This document shows, piece by piece, positions 13,722 through 25,600 of a stretch of DNA of 64,000 bases. The stretch covers positions 64,604,001-64,668,000 of the forward strand of contig OZ320315.1 in assembly GCA_976226885.1 (NCBI GenBank), given 5' to 3'. Every line of letters starts with the position of its first letter. The stretch's first letter is position 1. The position numbers and the translations under genes were made by a program. The DNA comes from Iphione sp. A-MEVVRFRX5. Lineage: Eukaryota. The notes beneath the pieces were generated by a model that did no database searches, was not told the origin of the DNA, and worked only from the letters and a program-made list of their open reading frames with translations.

Positions 13722-16649
13722 TCAGAATATTTGTGTCAAGTCTATAGTATTACTGCACTTTTGTCTAATAATATCCTTCTTAAAGCTTCGAAAAATATAT
13801 TGTGTGTCATATTGCACTATTGTCTGATTTGTAGTATTCCATGCTTGTATTATACGTTGGTGTGTGCATTTGGCAATATGTCTATTGTTTATATAAGGTG
13901 TTGGTGTGAATTTGTCAAAATAATCATCTCTAAGAGTATAAGCATGGGTACGCTTAGTAAAGTGATTCTGTATGAAGTGGGGTTGTAACTGTAATGCAGC
14001 CTTGTATGCTTGTAAGAGCAAATGAAGGTTAATTCTTTCTCTGACTGTTAACATGTTGGCCAGTTCATGTACTACTACAGTAGGTGTTAGTCTATCTAAT
14101 CGGATTGCTCTTTTGAGCCCTTTGTTCTGTAGTCTTTGTACCTGTTGTAATGTTGTGTGTGGAACTATTGACCATATTATATCCAGGTAATCAATATGGG
14201 GTATTACAAGCATTTTGTACAGCATGAGATTTGTTCTGTTGTCCAAAAATGTGTTTATTAACCTCAGCGATGTTAATTGATAATTTAAGTTCTTTAATAT
14301 GTGTTGTACATGTTCCTTCATTGACAGGTTGTTATCTAAGTAAAGTCCCAGATATTTGTATGTTGTACATTGTTCAAGTAGTGTATTGTTGAGTCTTAAT
14401 ATGCAGCTGGATCTATGAATATTGATCTGTTTTGATACTCCAAAGACCATATATTTGGTTTTATTAATGTTGAGAGATAGTTTATGGTAGGTTAACCAGT
14501 CATAAATATTGGCAAGTACTCTCTCGGCTATTTCCATGGCTTTCTGCAGTACCTTATGTTTGATTAGTACTACTGTGTCATCCGCATACATGCTAAATTT
14601 ATTATCCCCCAGTACTTTACGCAAGTAGTCAATGTATAATACAAACATGATCGGGCCCAAAACTGAACCCTGGGGTACTCCTGTAGTGATGTTAGTTGTG
14701 TGAGATAGTGTTTCATTTACATTAGTTCTCTGTGTTCTGTTGGAGAGGTAATTTTTGAGTAGGTTCAGTGCATTTCCTTCTATACCAATTTGAACAAACT
14801 TGTCTACTAGCATACCATGTGGAATAGTATCAAAAGCCTTACTTATATCTAAAAATATAGCAACCGTGTAAAGTTTGTTAGCATTATTGTCACGTATAGT
14901 GTCTGTGACGTACTGTACCATGTTTAAGGTTGAGTATCCTTTCCTATAGCCACCCTGGTAATCAGATAATATTTTGTTACTATCAATGTAATGCATTAGT
15001 CTTGTATGGATAATTTTCTCTAAAACTTTGTGTGTAAAAGGTAGTACCGAAATTGGTCTATAGTTTGTGGGTAATGTTGTGTTTCCTCCTTTGAAAAGGG
15101 GTGTTATTGTTGCCTGTTTCCATGAGTTTGGAATATTCTGAGTTTGTAAGATCTTATTAAGTAAGTCAGTTAGAGGTTTGGCTAGTACTGGTACTAAAGT
15201 GATTATAATCTTCATGGGGATACCATCAATACCAGATGGTTTAGTCGCAGATAGTGTCTTTAGTATAGTGGTTACCTCTTCAGTATTCGTGGGAGGGAGT
15301 GTGTGCATACTGCTTGGTACTTTATTATAGTGATAACTTTGATTTGAGGTAGGTAGTTTATTCTGGGTAATTTGTCCTATTCTAGTGAAATGCTCATTGA
15401 GACTGTTTGCTATTTTAGTCTTCTCAGTTATTATTATATTATTGTAGGTGATTTCCTTAATGGTTAGTTCATCTGATTTATTGTTAGGTAATAGAGTCTT
15501 GAGATGTCTCCAATATTTAGCAGGTTCATATCTGTATTCAGCTAGCTTGGTAGTAATGTACTTACGCTTTGCTTGTCTGATTTTACAGTTTAATTTATTT
15601 CTGATCTTCTTAGCTATTGCAAGTAAGTTGGGGTCTTTGGTCTTCCTATATTCTTTAAAAACCTTTTCTTTCTGTTTCCTTAGTTGGGCTATCTCATTGT
15701 CTATCCATTTGGGTAAATTTAGGGGTATTCGTTTATGTCTATATGGTGCCTGCTTATTAAGTTCAGTCTTAATAATATTTGCGATTTGATTCCAATGTTC
15801 CTTTGTATCAAGCTTACAGTTGATTTCCTTGATGGAGTCTGATACTTTGTCCAAGAATGCAGTTTGATTGAATTTGGAATAGTCTCTTATGTATATAGTT
15901 TCAAATTTAGGCTTGTTATGGGTTGATTTACGTTTAGTATATGTCCAAAAGTGATCACTAATATTTGATAAAATAATTCCTGATACATTATACTTGTCTG
16001 GAGTGTTCACAAGTATAAGATCAATTATTGTTGAAGAGTTGTCCGTGACTCTAGTTGGTGTTCGTACTAAGTTCCTGAAACCAAAGTTATTTTCAAGTGA
16101 TTTTAGTGTCCTGAATTGGGGTGTTCTTGTCTTATTGTAGTCAATATTAAAATCTCCTAGAATTATTGTCTCATGAACTTCAGAATTGATTTGTGTCAGA
16201 GTAGCACTAAGTTTGTCTATACCTATTTGTACATTACCAGTCGGTGGTCTATATAATATTAAAATATATATTGGTTTAAGAAAGTTGTGCTTATATTCTA
16301 TTGTTAGTAGCTCTAGGTTGGGGTCAGATATACAGGACAAAGGTACTTTATTAATTGTTGCAGATTTAAGTAAATGAGATTGGTAGTATAGTGCAACCCC
16401 CCCATGTTTACGATCTGTATGAAGTCTATCTTGTCTAATAATATTGTAATTATTAAAATGTAATTGGCTACTATTTACTGATTCATTTAACCAAGTCTCT
16501 GAAATTGCAAGAAAATCTATAGTATTATCCGCAAGTTCAACCTGCAGTTTAGCAATCTTATGTCTTAGACTACGTACATTTAAGTGAGCAAAGTTTAGCC
16601 CACGTTTGTTAAGAGATGTAGTTGATTCTAGAGTAATATTATCTTGCAT
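13722..16649 (-). CDS. LINE ORF2, 975 aa: apurinic-like endonuclease plus reverse transcriptase, uninterrupted
   Basis: APE motifs HLNVRSL, ISETWL, GGVALY, YRPP, LGDFNID, PTR, IDLIL, SDH. RT motifs GIDGIP, NYRPISVLP, FLDISKAFD, GVPQGSVLGP, MYADD, LNINKTK, YKYLG. No C-terminal CCHC knuckle, consistent with CR1/L2-type rather than L1. Confidence 0.97.
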   Translation of the reverse strand: MQDNITLESTTSLNKRGLNFAHLNVRSLRHKIAKLQVELADNTIDFLAISETWLNESVNSSQLHFNNYNIIRQDRLHTDRKHGGVALYYQSHLLKSATINKVPLSCISDPNLELLTIEYKHNFLKPIYILILYRPPTGNVQIGIDKLSATLTQINSEVHETIILGDFNIDYNKTRTPQFRTLKSLENNFGFRNLVRTPTRVTDNSSTIIDLILVNTPDKYNVSGIILSNISDHFWTYTKRKSTHNKPKFETIYIRDYSKFNQTAFLDKVSDSIKEINCKLDTKEHWNQIANIIKTELNKQAPYRHKRIPLNLPKWIDNEIAQLRKQKEKVFKEYRKTKDPNLLAIAKKIRNKLNCKIRQAKRKYITTKLAEYRYEPAKYWRHLKTLLPNNKSDELTIKEITYNNIIITEKTKIANSLNEHFTRIGQITQNKLPTSNQSYHYNKVPSSMHTLPPTNTEEVTTILKTLSATKPSGIDGIPMKIIITLVPVLAKPLTDLLNKILQTQNIPNSWKQATITPLFKGGNTTLPTNYRPISVLPFTHKVLEKIIHTRLMHYIDSNKILSDYQGGYRKGYSTLNMVQYVTDTIRDNNANKLYTVAIFLDISKAFDTIPHGMLVDKFVQIGIEGNALNLLKNYLSNRTQRTNVNETLSHTTNITTGVPQGSVLGPIMFVLYIDYLRKVLGDNKFSMYADDTVVLIKHKVLQKAMEIAERVLANIYDWLTYHKLSLNINKTKYMVFGVSKQINIHRSSCILRLNNTLLEQCTTYKYLGLYLDNNLSMKEHVQHILKNLNYQLTSLRLINTFLDNRTNLMLYKMLVIPHIDYLDIIWSIVPHTTLQQVQRLQNKGLKRAIRLDRLTPTVVVHELANMLTVRERINLHLLLQAYKAALQLQPHFIQNHFTKRTHAYTLRDDYFDKFTPTPYINNRHIAKCTHQRIIQAWNTTNQTIVQYDTQYIFRSFKKDIIRQKCSNTIDLTQIF

Positions 16650-17231
16650 ACGATAGGAAATTGTAAAAGAAAAGAAAATAGGTGCCCTTTAGTAGGCAGA
16701 AGAGAGGCAGATACGAAGTGGATGAGTCGTCTATATTATTGCTTCATAGGGAAATAGCCAAATTTAAGTAAATAAATAAAAGTGTGAAATGTAAGTCTAG
16801 TAGCGTATTGTTGCTTGTATATGATTGTCCATTTGTAAAAAACTATGAATAACTTCAATTGTGGTGTGTAGAATGCAGTGTATATTGAAGTGTTACGTTA
16901 CCTTGTCTAGATAATTGTGTCACCGGATCCGGTTTGATCATGTGACGTGTCATGTGACGTGTATGTATTTCCGGTTTAGTTTGATTATGACGTACGAGAC
17001 TTAGTTACGTCAAGTACACTGCTATCGTTGTCAAGCAAATTGCAAAATAAATAGGTTCAAGTTTCACATTCAATTAAAATACCAGGAAAATAGTGAAAAA
17101 ATGTCCAAAATAAATATTGAAGAAATAGAGAGACCACACCATATGGGGTTTATACATGTAGTGTTATATATGGCGGTCGAGAAAATTACGTTCATCTTGT
17201 CATCGTCTTGTCGTGTTGTTGTCGTGTTGAG

Positions 17232-18074
17232 TTAGTCATGGTCAAGGTATTGGATGGGCATACTGGTTAATGTTTCCTTGACGAAAACTTTCCCATTTAG
17301 TGTCCATGCATTGACGTACCGACCAGCCTTAACTAGAGATCTAGCTTTGAAGTAGCGTTTCCTATTCACTTCAGTTAGCTCTTCATTAATAAACACTCCT
17401 CTAGCTACACGACCAAGTAGTACCCTCTTACTGTAAACAAGCTGCTTTGTGTGCTCTCTTAAGAAGGATACAAATAGTGGCCTGGTGGTGTTGTTGTTAT
17501 CTTTCTTACCAATTCTGTATACTAAATCCAGATCAGACCTAGTAACTCTTGGTGTAATGTCCAACTTGTCAAACAAGTTTTCGAGCTCCTCAACATCAGA
17601 GAGTTGTGTTTCCCTCAATCCTACCACCCTAATACTTCTACTTTTGCTACGTTGCTCTACATCATCTACTCTTTGAACAGTCTGTATTGTGGCATTGGTG
17701 ACCTCTGTCATCTGTTCCTCTACGTGCTCCATTCGGTCCTCAAAGTAGATGTTTAGTTCTCTCATTGTGCTTCTGATCGATGAGTCGATGATCTGTTCAA
17801 GATCCCTCTTCGTAATATGGTCGTTGGATAGATGAGATACCGTCGTTGCCGTTGAGGTACTTGATCCACTACTATCAGGCTTGGATACCAGAGTAGATTT
17901 CTTCTTTGGCATCACTTGTTTGGATGTACCAGGTTGTGGTTCAGAGGAATTGCTTGCTTCAATTTCCTCCTTAGTGAATCCATGAAATGACGAGGTAGAG
18001 GAATCACTAGAGTTCTCCTTAGTTTTCTTCTGCAGGGTTTTACCCTTCTTAGATTTGAAAACTCTGAGGGGCAT
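17232..18074 (-). CDS. LINE ORF1 (about 280 aa from ATG at 18074, MPLRVFKSKK...): basic/Ser-rich N-terminus, coiled coil, L1-ORF1-like RRM and C-terminal domain
   Basis: Motifs VDDVEQRSKSRSIRVVGLRE, DLVYRIGKK, RPLFVSF, VFINEELT, WTLNGKVFVK are typical of L1-type ORF1p in CR1/L2-group elements. The track ORF starts at a non-ATG codon (18116); the first ATG is at 18072-18074. Confidence 0.9.
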   Translation of the reverse strand: MPLRVFKSKKGKTLQKKTKENSSDSSTSSFHGFTKEEIEASNSSEPQPGTSKQVMPKKKSTLVSKPDSSGSSTSTATTVSHLSNDHITKRDLEQIIDSSIRSTMRELNIYFEDRMEHVEEQMTEVTNATIQTVQRVDDVEQRSKSRSIRVVGLRETQLSDVEELENLFDKLDITPRVTRSDLDLVYRIGKKDNNNTTRPLFVSFLREHTKQLVYSKRVLLGRVARGVFINEELTEVNRKRYFKARSLVKAGRYVNAWTLNGKVFVKETLTSMPIQYLDHD

Positions 18075-18208
18075 TGTTATATAACTTGTAATTATTAACT
18101 TTAGAACTGGTAACAACTTTGTGAACAGGATATAGTACTTAGCTGGTAGAAATTAATGAGGTATCCACAGTCAATGTCTTTCCTTGGTTACTGTAAACAC
18201 TGGTAGTC

Positions 18209-18427
18209 AGCCATTTTGTAGCGCTGTCCTCGATTCACAATTTCAGTTGTATGTTAGTCCGTAGTATTGGACATTTAGTACTCAAATTATGATATTTGAT
18301 GGTCCATGCGCTTTTAACTGTTGATTGATACCTCATTTACCAACAATTAAGGCCTATATCCCCTTTAATTTAATATAATCCACAAGAGCGTATCTAGGTA
18401 CCTCTCATGCTGTCCCGCGCATGCGCA
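18209..18427 (-). promoter_or_regulatory. Putative LINE 5' internal promoter (NRF1-like and YY1-like motifs)
   Basis: CGCGCATGCGCA at 18416-18427 fits NRF1 YGCGCAYGCGCR. AGCCATTTTG at 18209-18218 reads CAAAATGGCT on minus (YY1-like). Both lie upstream of the ORF1 ATG. Function inferred. Confidence 0.45.
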
Positions 18428-19816
18428 GAACTGATTTTGTCGCATTCATATAGTTGCCCCTTTATCACTGTAGTTTATGGCTTTACCGTTAGCAAAGGCA
18501 GGCTGCATACTGCCATCTCCATACATACCTGTCATACCGAATGATCCATAGCCCTGATGGGAGGGCTAGGGAGGAAGTTGTAAGGGGGCTAGTTACCAGT
18601 CTGAGTGGCAGGAACTGACAGATAGAGGGACACTTACACGACTGAGGCTATCACGACATGTTGACGTATCGCTGGATAGGGAGTTGGACACACAGACCTA
18701 TAGACCTGTCCTTCAGAGGGAACAGGTCCATTCAGAATAAGCGGAAAATGATCGGCTTTCACACCAGAGTTCTTCTTGTTGTGCGATCAAAGGCTAGATG
18801 GTGGTCATTTGACATAAAAGGTATTTTGGACAGGTATCATAGCCCCGTGAGGTGCTAAAGATTAGTACATGTGGCGTAGAGCTGTGGTGGCAAAGGCATA
18901 GTAACACTAGCAGGAACAAACAAGCAGTGCTAATAAGGGACCTATTGTGGGTTGGATAGAGGGCCTGATAAGGCAGTGGATTATGTTGGAACAGTCACGA
19001 CTAATCCCGTCGTCATCACCGGCCTCTTTAATCTGCGTTCCATGTGTATCGCCCACCCCGAGCTTTTATAATGCATGGTGTCTATCGGAGTACACTCGAG
19101 TCGTCCGACTGTCCGATCTTCTGTCACGATCTTGTGATTCTTGTAACTGCAAAATGTTTGTAAAATGAGCTATTTTTTTTTTTTTTTTGGGGGGGGGGGT
19201 ACTCTACTCTCATATATGAATGCACGGTACTGGTTTATTTTGGTATGATTTAAAACATTTTATTTAACAACAACATAATGGAAAATGTATGTACATATAC
19301 ATATGTTTAACAGAGAAAATTGAGCTATGAACATGCACAGACGAGGAACAATAGACTTACATATGTATGAGGACGATTACACCATAGTTTCATATTCTGT
19401 TTGTTTAATCGGAGAAAATGATATGAAAAAAGAAGAAAAATACGGGTTGTCTTGTATGCAAAATGCATTGCAAAAATATTTTCTGCTCATGAATATCCCT
19501 ATTACTTGGGGTTTTCTGCGAAGAGCCTAGTCTTCTGGTTCCATCGTTAAGGAACTTGTCGACTCGCAATCCAGATCAATATCAATCAGATCGATTGGTT
19601 TTGGGAAGGTTTCAATTGAAATCAACTAGTGTTTTTGAAATGGGGGAAAAAAGTGTTCAATAATAATCAACAAGGGCAGAAGCAGAATGGCTCTTTCATG
19701 AAGTTCCAAAGAATTTCCCCCTTAGCAGTTGTAAATTTTAAAGGGTGATGTGTAAGCTCGCTTTCGCTAATTAATTATTACAATTATTATTGTTTTCTTT
19801 TTTAAACTTTTCACAG

Positions 19817-19886
19817 GATGTCCTTCAACAGCACATCGTCATGCGTCTCCCTCACGTGGCCATCATCAGCAGGGACCCCGAGTCAG
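19817..19886 (+). CDS. CCDC88: CCDC88 (Girdin/Daple) family coding exon, Hook/CH-like domain, 70 nt, phase 0 to 1: DVLQQHIVMRLPHVAIISRDPES(E)
   Basis: Acceptor ttttcacag|GAT, donor TCAG|gtcagt. The peptide resembles vertebrate CCDC88A/C 'ETLQQLIMMSLPNVLIIGKNPFSE' (recalled). The trailing G joins AG of the next exon to give Glu in frame. Not in the ORF track. Confidence 0.87.
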
Positions 19887-22323
19887 GTCAGTGCCTGTAA
19901 TTATTTTCATCTCAGCCATCTCCCCAGGCCGAGTCTTGGTGTTGTAATTGCTGGCCTTGCAGGAAGCCTTCTGTGAGCTTAGATTTCTTATTGTCCAGGA
20001 ATAATTCTCCACCTGTNNNNNNNNNNNNNNNNNNNNNNNNNNNNNNNNNNNNNNNNNNNNNNNNNNNNNNNNNNNNNNNNNNNNNNNNNNNNNNNNNNNN
20101 NNNNNNNNNNNNNNNNNNNNNNNNNNNNNNNNNNNNNNNNNNNNNNNNNNNNNNNNNNNNNNNNNNNNNNNNNNNNNNNNNNNNNNNNNNNNNNNNNNNN
20201 NNNNNNNTCGCTTTTTCTTACACCTGCTAAGTGGTTTGGACATGCTGTCAAACCGGCTCGTCCGAATGCACTTATTTGGCAAGTGGTTTGGAGATGTATT
20301 ACTGCACTCCAGTGAGAGATTTTCTTCCAGTCTGTCCACTAATATCCACAGTCGAGCACACTACATTACTTCAGTTTGGTTCTTGGCTTTTTCGCAACAA
20401 ATTTATTCAGATTTTTAGCAAGTATCTTGGTAGGGAATTAGTTCCCCAGGAATTTCCCAAATACGCCTACACACGTATAGATAAATGATGTACGTAATGT
20501 ATACACGTATATTTTTTCCCCCTCAAGGTTTACTGGGCGGGACTAACTATCAAGGCTGGATTTAATGTTATGGGTGTCAGAACTCCTCGCCCTGACTAAG
20601 AGGACTAGTCTAGATGGGTCGGGCCCATTTGTTGTGGCAGTTTTATGGGTTTAGGTCGATGGCGTGCAGCAGGTCTTACCTTAACAGACGCGTACGTGTC
20701 AACGCGTCCAGCCTTCAACACTCACGCTCCTTTATTGGGAGAAAAACACAAAGCGCGCACTCAGTTTGGCTTTTGACGCAGAAAGAGTAAATTCCGGCTA
20801 TGATGGCTATGATGTAGGAAACAAATATGTACGTCTGATATGCTGACTACTCTTACCCGGTGGTGCAAATGTGTATGTGCATGTGTCATATTCTAGTATA
20901 CTGTGCATAGGCAGATACAGTCGAGGACCAAACTCCAGATTGATGGTAACCTCATCCGGAGAAATTGAAATCCACATCAAATAAAGAGGAAAATACAGGA
21001 AAACTACGATCTGTTCCATAAAACACATCCATGAAATAATAATACCTGGATTCTACTGCCGTGCTAATGAAGTTTACCAGTACATGAGTCTGTCCTGTAC
21101 ATTATGTCAGATGTATCTGAAAACTTAAAGCATACTGCACGATACTCTATGTTCATAAGTACCCCATGGACTCTACTATTAAACGGCAGTTAATGGTACG
21201 TGTATTGCATCAACAGTCTGGTGCATTTATGGCGAAGATACAGCGAATGCCAGTGGTATCTCTCGGTGGATCCAGTCAGTCTGAGTGCTATGCTCGAGTA
21301 CGAGCGGTAAAACATTTGCGAGGCCTGGGCATTGGCCACAGAACAATTGTACAATTAGTTAAGCACCGACGACAAAGTGGTCATAGACAGATTGTAGGCC
21401 TGGTCAACCAGCTGCTATTGACAGTTTGCCCCATTGTAGTTCGTTATTGCCAGTTTGAAAATTTGGGTTTCTCTCCTGCCATATACGTGTACATGTATGT
21501 GTTACGTAGGCGACGGCAGATATCAGTCAGGTATTTGCCCTCCAAGCACACAGTGCAGACTCGGACAGCCATTTGGCCGTGGGATGGCGACATTGTTAGC
21601 TGCTCCTTCAGCTCATGCATCAAACTGATCGTCCCCTGGCGGTCGTAGGGCAGACCTGGGAGCCCGAGGCGCTAGATGATGCTGCCACAGCATCCTGGTG
21701 TATTGTGTGATGAATCGGTAGAGACGGCGGACCCGGGACTGATGGCCGTGAACCAGACTGTGAAAAGTATGCGTACATGAAGCGTTGACCTAACGATCTA
21801 CATGGACAATTTGCGTAGGGAAATAAAAAGGCTAATGAGACGTGGCGTGGGGAAAAATGAATAAGTGGAAAGGTTACACAGACTGTACCGTGTGGCCTTT
21901 GGAGAGGGGTAGAGGTGAGACAGACTTGACAGATTGTTGGATGTATGCTCTATACAGGTATGTTTATACCACTGAAATACTGCCGCGCTGCCCGAGGTAG
22001 CCATGAAACTGATGTAAATGTGACAGCCTCTATGGCACAGTGGATGCCACCTTGAAGTGATGGTTGGAATTATTCATCCTGCCTAATTGCTTTGATGTCG
22101 TCATGGCTCCCTGCTTCCAGTTCCACCAGAAAGCGTGGCATATTACACTCACATTGTATATGTTGAAAAAGAGTATCCAACTGACTTTTTACCCCAATCA
22201 GATAAATTCAGACATAATGCATATTTTCATTCTCTCAGTTTGAAGGTATTTAAGATGAAGCTGAATACATTATGTATCACTTCAATGTAGAGATCCAGGA
22301 GGCATGCTAGAGAGAACCAACTA

Positions 22324-22618
22324 CTCTCCCGTATTGTATCTGTGTTACATCAGTGGCGACTCCCCCGTATTGTATCTGTATTACATCAGTGGTGACTCTC
22401 CCATATTGTATCTGTATCTCTCCCATATTGTATCTGTATTACATCAGTGGCGACTCTCCCGTATTGTATCTGTATCTCTCCCGTATTGTATCTGTATTAC
22501 ATCAGTGGCGACTCTCCCGTATTGTATCTGTATTACATCAGTGGCGACTCTCCCGTATTGTATCTGTGTTACATCAGTGGCGACTCTCCCGTATTGTATC
22601 TGTATTGCATCAGTGGCG
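22324..22618. repeat. 36-bp minisatellite (CTCTCCCGTATTGTATCTGTATTACATCAGTGGCGA), 7 units plus two 22-bp sub-units
   Basis: CAGTGG cores at 22351, 22387, 22445, 22503, 22539, 22575, 22611 (spacing 36,58,58,36,36,36). Explains the repetitive ORFs at 22304-22722. Confidence 0.95.
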
Positions 22619-25600
22619 TCACCTCCCTTGATTTAGGCGCTGTTGTATACATCCGGATTTTTCCTCTTCGCATTCGCAGATGGGGCTGGATTTTTCTTTT
22701 AACCCACTGCAATCTCTTCTAGCCTTCACATATACGTAGATGGATTTTTCCGGATCTGCATTCTCTGTTGGGGGCAACCTCCGTGTCCGCGTCCGGGGGT
22801 CAGCACGTGAGGGTCCTTTTTTGTTTTCCAGGCTCAACACGAACTTCACATGGTATGTATTGGCAGTTGGGAGGAGCACCCTTTCTAAACCTAGGGTGTA
22901 ATAGTTTAGACTGACTTTGACATGCCAGTGGCCGTCATGTGTGGCCGCCATTGCATGTTACGCGTGCCTCGAACATGTCATGTCAACTCGTCCCTTGGGG
23001 CGGGGGTGGGGTAGAGGTTGAGGGGTGGTACACAAGCGATCTGCAGGACAAAGCAAATGGCTTCTTGCATGACTATGTGGTATTCGTACAACGCATGCGC
23101 AGCGCCCTCGCGCCTGCAGTGGCCAACCCCTCCGAGTCCTCATTCCCTGCTCAGCTCCAGAGTTGTGCTCCGGAGAGTATTATGCAAGTCCATTGATTTG
23201 GTGTTCGGGTGGTCGGAGCCGCGCGTTCGCCCACCTGTGTAAATGCCCAGGTTAGGCGGAAGGTCGGCTTGTAGGAGAAAGGTGGCCGCTAAGAACGGGG
23301 GTTAGTATTACGCTTGGCTCACGCCAAGTTAATAGCATGCAGGGTTCAGAGGAAACTAGAGCACCGTGGAACAAACACTTTCGACTTGAATCCTCTTTTT
23401 TTCCTAGCAGGGCCTTCCAATTTACAGTCGTTACCTAGCTACCTCTTCAATTATTGAAGACTCCTTGTTGTAAAAGAAACAACACTTCTTAAGAGCACAA
23501 GGAGCTACGTAATAACGTTAAAATATAGACAGTAATGATAACCTGACAAAAAGGAAAACCACATCTCCTGACAATGCACAATATCCAGCCTGGATGAGGG
23601 AGTGAGCCAGGTTCACCCATGCATCTCCTTAATTTTCTGGTGGTATGTCCTAGGTAGGCTGTTGCCAGGGCACAGTATAAGCCTCAGGTGATATTTCACC
23701 TGACCTTTAGGGTCACCCCGTCCTCAGAGTGCAGGGCAACGTGCTCAATTAGAGATGAATCGGGCGTATGTAGTTCTGACATGTTGGCACGTGTGGCGTG
23801 TTCGACTTCTGCTGTTCAGTGCGCATACACCATCAGACCGTGTGGTTGTGTTTTTTCTCTGGTGACACTGCTGCACATATATCTTGTGGTCCACTCTCTG
23901 TACTACATCAGCCTTTCGCTCGGTTTAGTGACTAGTTCTAGGCAAATGTCCGTGTGTATGTTTTATCCTTCCATGTCCCACCCTCGCTCCCTCCCTCCCT
24001 TCTGCTCTGCCTCCCCTCCCGATCGCTGACTCCTACCCCANNNNNNNNNNNNNNNNNNNNNNNNNNNNNNNNNNNNNNNNNNNNNNNNNNNNNNNNNNNN
24101 NNNNNNNNNNNNNNNNNNNNNNNNNNNNNNNNNNNNNNNNNNNNNNNNNNNNNNNNNNNNNNNNNNNNNNNNNNNNNNNNNNNNNNNNNNNNNNNNNNNN
24201 NNGGATTTAGTATTGGACATGTATACTTCGGGTCCCTTGTATGCTCGCCATATGTAGGGCAGTTGAGTTTTTTCGTGTGTACTCACAGTAAACGAGACAT
24301 TGCAAAAAAAAAATGCCCCAAGTATATTCCATTTTCTTTTCTATTGGTTTTTCAAGCCAGGATCAAAGTTGTAGGTACAGTGAAATACCCATGGAGTTAT
24401 ATTTCAAGGGCATCTAAAAATATCAGAGTTCGGGTGAACCCCATTAATCTTGGAAATGGAACTACCTGGAAGTCAGGAAATTGCACAATTAAAGAGACGA
24501 TTAAGAACCGGGAAGGTAGTGGAACGCCTGTCGGTTAACGGCTCGTAGCATGCAATTAGGTTTGACGATGAAATTTGAAAAGAAGTCTTTACTTTCATGA
24601 GCTCTTAAAAGTGTAAAACCTGGATGGACCATAGTTCCTGGTTTCTAGTAAAACATGGAGGAACGTTTGTTTGATATTTAGGAAGGAACTATTCATATTA
24701 GTAGAAATTATCGTAATTGGATGGATTTTTACCCCCGAGATCTAAGCTCGGGGATGTCAGCTAAGACATACACGTCGTAATATAAACAAAAAGAAAACTC
24801 AGTACAGAAAATTTTACCCCCGGCTTTTGATTTGAACACTTTTGTCCCATCATTGGTATCATGGAACCTTTGTTAAAAAATAAGTAGATAAATTAAATAA
24901 GTAAAAGTGGTCGTCTACAGAAAACCTCATCCGTTGAATGGCTGCTTGGATGTAGGGCAAAATAGACTGCTTGTCCCGTCCTTTCGTTTGTAAAATACTT
25001 AGACTTAAAGAAGAATGTTAATGTTTTTTTTTTTAAGTACAGTTATTTATTCCTTTTAAGCCGCCTCATGTCATACGCCTTAGGGCATTGTCCCTCATAC
25101 ACTATTTACATGCACAAATTGATACCCAATTTTTCTTCTGTCTGTTGCGTAGTGAAGCCCATACTTTGTGTTTTTTTCCCGTAGAAATGAAATAACTTTA
25201 AATGGTGGTGTAGAGGCTTAAGATTGAAACATCAAAAGGAAAACCGTCTCTGACTCAGAACCATACTTCCCCCCTCCCCACTTCCATACGATAGATCATC
25301 GCAAGGTGCAGTCTGTTTGGGTCTGAATCCCTTACTTGCAGGCGCGGCTTAACACACAGTCTAATAATAAGGAGGGGAATGCTCGAGGTGGCCTGTTTGT
25401 GAATTGAGACCTGCTGGGGCTTCCGTGAAGAGCCGGCACGGATCGCCAGATCTTAAGGCGATAATTACAATGCACCATTAAGCACACGGTGGGATAATAT
25501 AAACTTCCTCTGGTGCATATACCAAAGAACCGTTGTAATTGAGTTGCCTGGACATGTCTGGCCCACAGGGCCCACAGCATATCCAGTGCATTGTAACGGC

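Larger units (their letters stand above)
13446..18430 (-). mobile_element. Full-length non-LTR retrotransposon (LINE), CR1/L2/Crack group, antisense in the host intron; 5' boundary approximate
   Basis: On the minus strand: 5' UTR, ORF1, spacer, APE+RT ORF2, about 240-bp 3' UTR, then AATAAA-containing poly(A) tail (T-run on + at 13446-13480). Visibly AT-richer than its flanks. No convincing TSD. Confidence 0.95.

Noticed and set aside
13434-18490. Possible LINE target-site duplication TATGGCTT at 13434-13441 and 18476-18483
   Set aside because: Only 8 bp match, and the match does not extend to the tail junction (ACTA vs TACC). A young intact element should have a perfect TSD abutting both ends.
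19327-19530. LHMYEDDYTI resembling RT 'MYADD'
   Set aside because: Single short motif with a substituted residue and no other RT domains around it.
22324-22618. Regularly spaced repeats as a CRISPR array
   Set aside because: Units are head-to-tail with no unique spacers, the context is a eukaryotic intron, and there are no cas genes.
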